64,000 bases of DNA, from contig JBHGNT010000017.1 in the NCBI GenBank assembly GCA_043228905.1, positions 3,286,001 to 3,350,000 on the forward strand. The letters run 5' to 3'. The position numbers were made by a program, and so were the translations under genes. Source of the DNA: Azolla caroliniana (taxonomy: Eukaryota > Plantae > Polypodiophyta). Numbering within the stretch: position 1 is the first letter of the stretch; each line of letters starts with the position of its first letter. Under the pieces are notes generated by a model. That model was given only the letters and a program-made list of their open reading frames with translations. It did not search any database and was not told where the DNA came from. Shown piece by piece: positions 55,730-64,000 of this stretch.

Positions 55730-58700
55730 GATGAGAATCTGGCTTTGATGTTGTTATCATCTCTTCCCGATGAATTTGAACATTTGGAAACAACATTACT
55801 TCACGGGAAAGAGAATGTGTCATTAGATGTTGTTTGTTATGTTTTATATAGTCATGAATTGAGAAAGCAGGATAAGATGATAACCAAAGCAACGACATCA
55901 GAAGAAGCATTGGTGGCAAGAGGTCGTCAACAAAGCCATACTAAGGGGAGAAGAGGAAGGTCCAAATCAAAAGGTCGAGGCATTGCCAAATATGAGTGTG
56001 CTTTCTATCATGCGAAAGGGCACTGGAAAAAAGACTGTCCGAAGTTGAAGAGGAAAGGAAAGCGTCCACAAGATACAAATGTTGCAGACTCTAGTGATGT
56101 AGAATCAAATATTTCCTTAGTAGTTATGCCTTCAGTGTTGACACATCGAGATGAGTGGATTTTGGATTCAGGTTGTACTTATCATATGTGTCCTATTCAA
56201 GAATGGTTTTTTGAGTTTTAGGAAGTCGATGGTGGGGTTGTTTGCATGGGTAATGATCATCCATGTAAAACAGTCGGGATAGGTTTGATCAAGCTGCATA
56301 ATCATGATGAAACCACAAGAATTTTGAGGGATGTGCGGTATGTACCAAAGTTGAAGAAGAATCTCATCTCCTTGGGGGCTCTTTAATCTAATGGCCTAGT
56401 TGTGTTGATGCGAGATGGAGTTCTTAAAGCAACTTCAGGAGTATTGGTGATGTTGAAAGGCATAAGGAAGAACAATTTGTACTATTACCAAAGTAATACA
56501 GTGGTGGAGACAGTAGCAACAACAACGTGAAGTACCAAGAAAGACACTGAAGCAACGAAGTTGCGGCATATGCGCTTGGGACATGCTGGTGAAAATTCTT
56601 CGCAAATTCTTGCAAAGCAAGGATTGTTGAAAGGCACGAAGACTTACAAACTTGATTTTTGTGAGCATTGTGTTCTAGGAAAGCAACGAAGAGTGAGATT
56701 TGGTATTGCAATTCATAATACCAAGGGTATTTTGGATTATGTGCACTCAGATGTGTGGGGACCTACCAAGACTCCATCCATAAGAGGTAGGCATTATTTT
56801 GAAACTTTTGTTGATGATTTTTCCAGGAGAGTTTGGGTGTATACAATGAAGAACAAGAATGATGTGCTTGAAGTTTTCCTTAAGTGGAAAGCTCAAGTTG
56901 AAAACCAGATGGGGAGAAAGATCAAGGTTCTCCAAATAGACAATGGTGGAGAATACAAGAGTGATCCATTTCTGGAAGTATGCCAAGATTGTGGCATAAA
57001 TCGGCAATTCACCGTTAGAAGAACACCACAACATAATGGGGTATCACAGCGTATGAACAAGACACTTGTGGAGAAAGTTCGTTGTATGTTGTCTAACGCT
57101 GGATTAGGCAAAAACTTTTAGGCTGAGGCTATGACGTACGCCCAACATATTGTCAATCGTTTGAAATCATCTGCTATAGGTGGCAAAACTCCATTAGAGG
57201 TATGGTCTAGAAAACCTGCAACTGATTATGATACTTTGCATATTTTTGGTTCTACTGCATTATCATGTGACTGAATCAAAATTGGATCCACGAGTAAAGA
57301 AGGATCTTTTCATGGGCTTCAATACTAGAGTGAAGGGATATTGTTTGTGGTGTCTTGAGGCAAAGAAAATGATTATCAATAGAGATGTTACCTTTGATGA
57401 ATCTTCCATGTTGAACAAGGTAAATATGGAAGAACCAGATAATACTCTGATACAAGTGGATGGTACTCCGAAGTAGGTGGAGTTTGAGCAGATAGTGGGG
57501 ACTCCAAGGCGAAACACCACCGGTGACTATCCTATGGTAGAAGAATAATCAGATGAAGAAGAGGTTCTGATCCAAGAACCTCTACAACAATAAGAACCAA
57601 TTGCAATAAGAAGACAGAGATGAGTAATTCAAAAGCCTACTCGTTTCGCTGACATGGTAGCTTATGCACTTCCAGTTTGTGATAATAATGTTCCATCAAC
57701 CTACCTACAGGCCATTATGAGCACAGAAAGTGGCAACTAGGCTAGTGCAATGGAAGAAGAGATGCAATCTCTTTAGAAGAACAAGATGTGGAAGCTGACA
57801 CAACTACTAAAAGGGAGAAAGGCAATTGGGTGCAAGTGGGTATTTGCAAAGAAAGACAGATTTCCAAATAAAGAAGTCATTTGTTACAAGGCAAGGTTGG
57901 TAGCTAAAGGCTATGCTCAGAAGGAGAGAATAAATTATAACAGGGTATTTTCTCCAGTTGTAAAACATTCCTCCATTAGAAATTTGTTAGCCTTGGTCGC
58001 ACATATGAATTTGGAGCTAGCTCAACTTGATGTGAAGACTGCGTTCTTACACGATGATTTGGAGGAAATCTACATGACTCAGCTAGAAGGATACAAGGTT
58101 GTTGGTAAAGAAGATTGGGTTTGTAAACTTAGCAAATTGTGGTACGGATTGAAACAATCTCTGAGACAGTGGTACAAATGATTTGACAAGTTCATGAAGG
58201 GTCAAAAGTACAAGAGAAGTAAATATGATCATTGTGTGTATTTGCGAAATCTTCAAGATGGTTCATACATCTAATTACTCTTATTTGTTGATTGTGGCTA
58301 AAAGTCAATTTGAGATTGACAAATTGAAGGCTCAGATGAGTAAAGAGTTCGAGATGAAGGATTTGGGGGAAGCCAAGAAGATTCTCGCCATGGAGATAAG
58401 TAGAGATAGAGAGGGGGGCAAACTTTGGCTATCACAAAGCAGTATTTGAAGAGGATAATACAACATTTTGGTATGTATGATGATACAAAACATGTAAGTA
58501 CTCCACTTGCTCCTCATTTGAAATTGAGATAGTCAATTATCTCCCACAACCGATGAGGAGCAAGAATACATGGCGAAAGTCCCGTATGCAAATGCAGTTG
58601 GAAGCTTGATGTACACAATGGTGTGTACAAGACCTGATATTTCACATGCGGTTAGTATTGTTAGCAAATATATGCATGATCCAGGCAAGGGTCATTGGCA

Positions 58701-59301
58701 AGTTGTGAAATGGATTCTGCAGTATTTTCAAAACACCGTGGATGTGGGATTGACTTTTGAGCACTTGGTAAATGCATAGTTGGATATTGTGATTTTGATT
58801 ATGCATGTGATTTGGATAAGCAACGATCTACAACTGGCTATTTGTTCACTTTGACAAAGGTGCTAGTTAGTTGGAAGTCTCCTTGCAGTCAATGGTGGCT
58901 CTATCTACAACAGAGGCAGAGTATATGGCAATTACAAGGGTTGTGAAGGAGGCAAATTGGCTTCATGGGTTGCTTAAAGACTTGGGAGTTGGTGATGATG
59001 GTGTGGGGGCTGAAGCAGATCATGAGCGGGGGAGGAAATAGTCTAGATTCATTTTGTTGTTATTTGTACAGGAACTTGGCGATATTCGGCAAGATGGTTT
59101 ATGTGGACTGAATGAAGAAATTTTTGTGATAAGGATGAGTGAAGATGGTGTGGGGGCCGAAGCATATTTTCTTGAGGTGATGAGGTTACTATATCATTTT
59201 CTTGTCATAGGTACATCATTTGGGTGATATTCGTCGTCGTCATGGTTGATGTTATAAGGACAACTTTGTTTGGGGAAGTTGTCCTTATAGATGGAAAAGG
59301 G

Positions 59302-59341
<40 letters not shown>

Positions 59342-60608
59342 TCTAAATTTGTGGACAAGATGGATGATGTTAATTGAGGATGAAGCATTTCTAGGGAGTG
59401 AAAGGGAAAATTGCTTATGTGTTTATTAATTTTCAGATTTGGAGAGTGTTTTCCTCTTTTCTTTGTTGTAGATAGATGATGGGGAAGAAAACTGTGAAAA
59501 TCTATATCAATTTGGTTCCAGGCTCTACATGTTGTTGTCATCGACATACATTTTTTGACAACAAACATTGGAATTCGTCGACAAAGTTTTGTTCAGATTG
59601 CAGGGAGTTCTAAAGGTAGCTGATTTTGTATGCATGTTAGAGAGGTGTAATCTGTTGTGAACCTTGGAAACAGGGCTAACGCATGCTTTGGAGAAGTTGG
59701 ATAATCAAAATGAGCAGTCATTCATTGTCCTTTAGCAGACATTATGTGAGATATAGAATGTCATATGATGCTATCAAATTGCATCCAAATAGAATGAATG
59801 CTGAGCAATATATGTGGCACAAACTCCAGTGATAAAGGCCTAAAATCCATATTCAACTTGTAAAAAGATGGGGTTTTTTGAACCTAGTGTTGTTGAGACT
59901 GTTGAAGCTACACGAGTGTTCAATAGTTTTCTAGATAATTATGTTGCAATTTTCTTTGTAATAGTGGGTTGTTTGGTATATTGCCTTGGGCCACTTTATG
60001 TTAATACCAATGGAGGATATTTTTATGGGTAAAAAAGAAGACTTGGGAGTTGATCAGAAACAACTTGATGTGTATTCTAACAGTCAGAGCGCTATTCATT
60101 TAGCAAAGAACCAAGTCTTTCACTCACAAACGAAGCACATTGATGTTCGCTATCATTTTGTGCGGGAAATTCTCAAAGAGGAGGAGATACTTCTCCAGAA
60201 GATTGATACTAAGGAGAATCTTGCAGATATGCTGACCAAAGAAGGGCCAAGTTTGAACATTGTTTAGACTTGGTTAATATCCAACACATTTAAAGTTGGC
60301 GCCTCATGACGTAGATTTGAAAGCAGACTGTTTTATTTTTTGTTTGCTTGAGAGGATTTGTATTTGGAAGGATTAAAGATTGTGCCAAGGTGGAGATTTG
60401 TTAGCTTTTTGGCCCATTCTTTATCACACATAGTTGAGGGAGGTGGTTTGGAGCTATAAAAACGCTCCTCTACCTCTTAGTATGATATCCTCAATTTGTA
60501 TTCTTCTCTCCCAACAGTAATAGAGCATGCTGCTTTGGAGGAAGTAGGCTGATTCGCCGAACCTCGGTACTTCTGGTTATATATTGTTATTTCCACACTT
60601 CCACAACA
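55730..60608 (+). mobile_element. 5'-truncated degenerate Ty1/copia element (Tork/Tnt1-like) with 3' LTR ~60399-60608
   Basis: LLSSLPDEFEHL, KGHWKKDCP, WILDSGCTYHMCP, CEHCVLGKQ, VHSDVWGP, YKARLVAKG, LDVKTAFLH, TKHIDVRYHF. PPT GCCAAGGTGGAGAT followed by TGTTAG...CACAACA. Confidence 0.9.
58992..60037 (+). mobile_element. 5'-truncated LINE inserted in copia RNase H
   Basis: Perfect 15-bp TSD AAGACTTGGGAGTTG (58977-58991 and 60038-60052). A-rich tail at 60031-60037. VIHCPLADIM(W) zf-RVT-like remnant at ~59720. Confidence 0.85.
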
Positions 60609-60619
60609 ATCTCCAAATC

Positions 60620-61400
60620 TCCACCATCTTTACAGCTATTGTAAGGGTGCCTATGAAAAATAATTACGAGTAGTCTCATCGCATGGAACTTAGCAAACTT
60701 CCTAGCTGTGATTTAGATTCTGAACTTAAAATTGTAAGAATCTGTAGCTAAAATTGGACTGTTAACATTATATGATAGCATCTCAATTTGTACAAAAGAT
60801 ACTTGAAATCAATCCTTATTTGCTTGGTACAATGGCTGGAGGACCAGCAGATTACCAAATTTGTGGAAAGAATCTTGGTGTTTGGGTACTACTTTACCAG
60901 GACTTGATTCTGTGTTGTATGTAGAAAAGCATAGAATTTTCATTAAGCTTCACAATATGCAGCATCATCTTCATGAACTGGCGAATAAGAGAAGAGTTTC
61001 TGGTCACCGAGGCATAAAAAATTCTTGCACACACATTATATTAGTATCATCGAGGAATGTGCTTATCATGGACACCATGATTGCAGGATGGGATGAAACA
61101 GTAAAATCTGACATCCATTCTTTCCATTAGAATGCTTTTATCAAACTCTCTAATTGATACATGATATTGTTTTATTACCTGGAGGGTGAAGTGGCAGATT
61201 AAGTGACAAATTTGTTTTTTGTAGGATCTGGATCATCTTATGCGTATGGAGTACTGTATAATGGGCATTTTTTTTTGTCTCAAGAACGATATGAAACTGT
61301 TGGAAAAAAATGCTTACTGATGGGATGATGTTTCCCCCCATGATAATTGTGCTTTCTTCATTATCCAAAATCGAAGACACTTTAAAGAATTGAAGAAGCA
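60620..61400 (+). pseudogene. 20S proteasome beta5 (PBE) pseudogene with introns
   Basis: SQFVQKILEINPYLLGTMAGGPADYQICGKNLG (60779-60885), HLHELANKRRVS, MDTMIAGWDET|gt, VGSGSSYAYGVLYNG. Frameshifts and loss of conserved residues. Confidence 0.88.
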
Positions 61401-61409
61401 GATGCCATT

Positions 61410-61445
<36 letters not shown>

Positions 61446-62089
61446 GTATTAACGTCTTCTAAGGCCAAATTTGGCCCATGAGACAATTGGTTTACAACAA
61501 TAGAGTATTTATCCAATCATCATAACTAAAAATAAAATTAAGTAAAAAAAATAGAACTTAAACTAAAAGAGTTCTAGTAGTGTACAATATGTAGTATACT
61601 CGAAAGTGACTATACACTAAGCCTAATTTTATTTCCACCCAAGCCTCTCGAAAAGAAGTGGGGGGTCAAAGGGTCTTGATGTGGGTTCCAATGTAGACCG
61701 GATGAGGTTCGTTCGTTAAGTAGAAGCATTCAGACGAAATGCGTGTGAACACACCCTTCCCCTAGAGCCTTCCACCAAGGCCCGAAACCTTCATAGACAT
61801 CATCTCGTGGAAATGACTCTGCATACTTGGGATTGAGTTATATTGTGCTCAACCGAGAGATGTCACTACGTTCTTGTGTGTTATCCTATTGCATGACAAG
61901 ATGCTTGCCATTTTAGCACCAAGGAGGCTTCGTACCATGCCTTCCGATGTACCTCGAGGGAAGCTCACTCATTTTTTGCTCCTTGTTTCCCTAGTGTAAA
62001 CGTCTTAAGACCTAGTCCCCACACCTTGTTAGTTGAAGTTAGCCTAAATGATATGAAAACTAATCAGGCATAGAAAATATGGGTTGTTG

Positions 62090-62280
62090 GATGCATTCAA
62101 AGGCGTTGATGTTGATACATGACTTAATCGTAGTTGATATTAGCCCTAAATGGAAATCCACATTTATGTGGCACTAAAATCATTGAATGCGGATTCTGTT
62201 GATGATTGGCAAGAGATTGCTCAAAACTTTCAAGCAACAAAAAGGATGTTTCCAACTAATAACAAAATTGTGCCACATGA
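62090..62280 (+). mobile_element. Possible remnant of a hAT-like transposase C-terminus
   Basis: EIHIYVALKS..DDWQEIAQNFQATKR loosely resembles the end of hAT dimerisation domains; no TIRs seen. Confidence 0.25.
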
Positions 62281-63708
62281 TATCGAGCTTGAGCATATCA
62301 ATCAAGTTGCCACTTGTGCATTCATGTATGAATGAACAATCACGACTTCTTTTGCATTATTAGATTATACTCAAGTGACAATATGGATTATGAGGCAATC
62401 AATCGTAAATCTTCATAGCAAAAAGATTATTCTCTAGAAAATTTGAAATCTCCATGTGGCGCGAGATCACATTCTACCAATATCAAAATCAAACAATCAA
62501 TCGAATCAAAATTAAAGTGTTATTTTTTTCAAACATATGCATTGTGTACTTTGTATGTACACATTGTTTTTCAACCAAGTAATGTTGGGAAAACTATGTT
62601 TACTTGATGGAGCTCATCATAAACCAGTTAAATGGTGGTCCTAAAGGGTTCAAATCATCGGACCCCCATTAGTTTTGTTGCAAGTATTTACATTGTAGTT
62701 TATTCTCATATATGGCACTGGTATGGGGATACGACTTTATTGGGTCCCATTTATTCTTTGGGGACCTTGACACTACCTAAATACCTCTGGACCATTCAAG
62801 ATCTAGGAGTGAATACAAGAGCATATAGCATTTTGCTCACAAGCTTCATTGTCAACATATAAACAAATTGTAACCTAACATTTTCAACAACTTGAGTACT
62901 TTGCAATCCTACGAACATTGTAACCTATTTATTAAATGGCAAAAAATTGACCCACCAAAGTTCAGTGGCAAACAATAAGGTAGTTAGGGTAAGGGCCCTG
63001 CACATCTAGTCTTCTACGTATCGTTCCAATACAATCAAATGTCCATGAATGGACATAGCATCTCTCTCTCTCTCTCTCTCTCTCACTCACTCAATCACTC
63101 ACACATATGTGTGCCCACATTTAGTTTCACAAACCCCAATGATAAAAAAACATAATCAAATACAGAGGTGAATTCCGATATGTGTCTCAAAAAGTAAGTT
63201 GTGACGGATATCTGCCAAGATACGTGCACTGTTATCTATCATTCCAATATGATCAAACCATCTCTCTCTCTCTCAGATCCGCAAACCCTAACTACAAGAA
63301 CATAATCATGTATCAATGCGATAAAAGTAAGCCTCTCGGCTTAGATGATCTATGCATACATATGTGTGTAAATTGTTTGTTATGAATGCATATACATATT
63401 GTCTATGTAGAGTGATCAAAATGAAGGGGTGGGGGCGGTGTATAGACTCTAAACCTTAAAAAGGTATGTATTTTCATCCTCTTCGAGGCTATGGATCTTT
63501 GACTGGTACTTGGTTGATTCAGGGGAAAAGCACAGGGACCTGTTTCACAGGAAAAAACGCGCGCATACAGAGATTGCAGCCATATTTGACACAGAGGTAT
63601 ATGGAGAGAGACAGAGACAGACCGTAGAGAGAGAGAGAGATAAGAGTAGAGAACACAGATAGATACAGATATATATATATATATGAGATAGAGAGTGGAA
63701 AAGAGCAA

Positions 63709-63875
63709 ATGTCCAGAGAGCCCATAGGTACCTCCGGAGCATCATTGTTGTCCTCTTCGTCATCATTGGCATCATCAGCATCACCATTTCCATCTTCATC
63801 CTCATCGCTGATCCCGACACGCTTCTTATGGCCACATGGAGGACTTCGCGTCTTCCTTTGTGGGTCATTCACTGG
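63709..63875 (+). CDS. SNF4: First coding exon of SnRK1 beta-gamma subunit (SNF4/KINbetagamma-like); gene continues beyond the window
   Basis: IPTRFLWPHGGLRVFLCGSFTG matches the start of the CBM48 domain of plant SNF4 ([22 protein letters not shown]). GT donor at 63876 followed by a T-rich intron. Confidence 0.88.
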
Positions 63876-64000
63876 GTACATCGCTTCCTCCATTCCTCTC
63901 TGTGTTTTTTTTTTGTTTTTTTTTGTTGTAATTTCAGTTTCATTTCACTCTAATTGAGCAATTGGGATGGAGATTAGAATCTCAGATGCTGTCTATGTTG

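Noticed and set aside
63519-63893. 124-aa acidic minus-strand ORF
   Set aside because: Antisense shadow of the Ser-rich SNF4 first exon running into microsatellites.

Overview
Plant nuclear DNA, probably from a non-seed land plant (inferred from the ROP N-terminus MSTSRFIK and the retrotransposon types). 1-18 kb is a nested LTR-retrotransposon stack. It contains the 3' LTR of one copia-like element and a full-length dead copia (1920-14661, TSD AGAAT). Inside that copia's protease sits a Ty3/gypsy element (3503-10620, minus) with a 4-bp TSD, a tRNA-Trp PBS and a -1 frameshift/pseudoknot cassette. 22-41 kb is a gene island with three intact spliced genes: a CCCH-zinc-finger Pumilio/PUF protein (+), 40S ribosomal protein S4 (+) and a type-I ROP GTPase (-). 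43-61 kb is again TE-rich: two dead copia elements, LINE remnants, a non-autonomous self-priming LTR element with heat-shock elements, and two proteasome beta5 pseudogene fragments. The window ends in exon 1 of an SnRK1 beta-gamma (SNF4) gene. The most notable structures are a ~1-kb foldback of two inverted LTRs in an RPS4 intron flanked by a 126-bp direct duplication, the Tf1-style self-priming non-coding element, the GGAUUUU+pseudoknot frameshift signal, and a 36-bp module shared by copia-type and gypsy LTRs. All coordinates and identities were read by eye; no searches were run.
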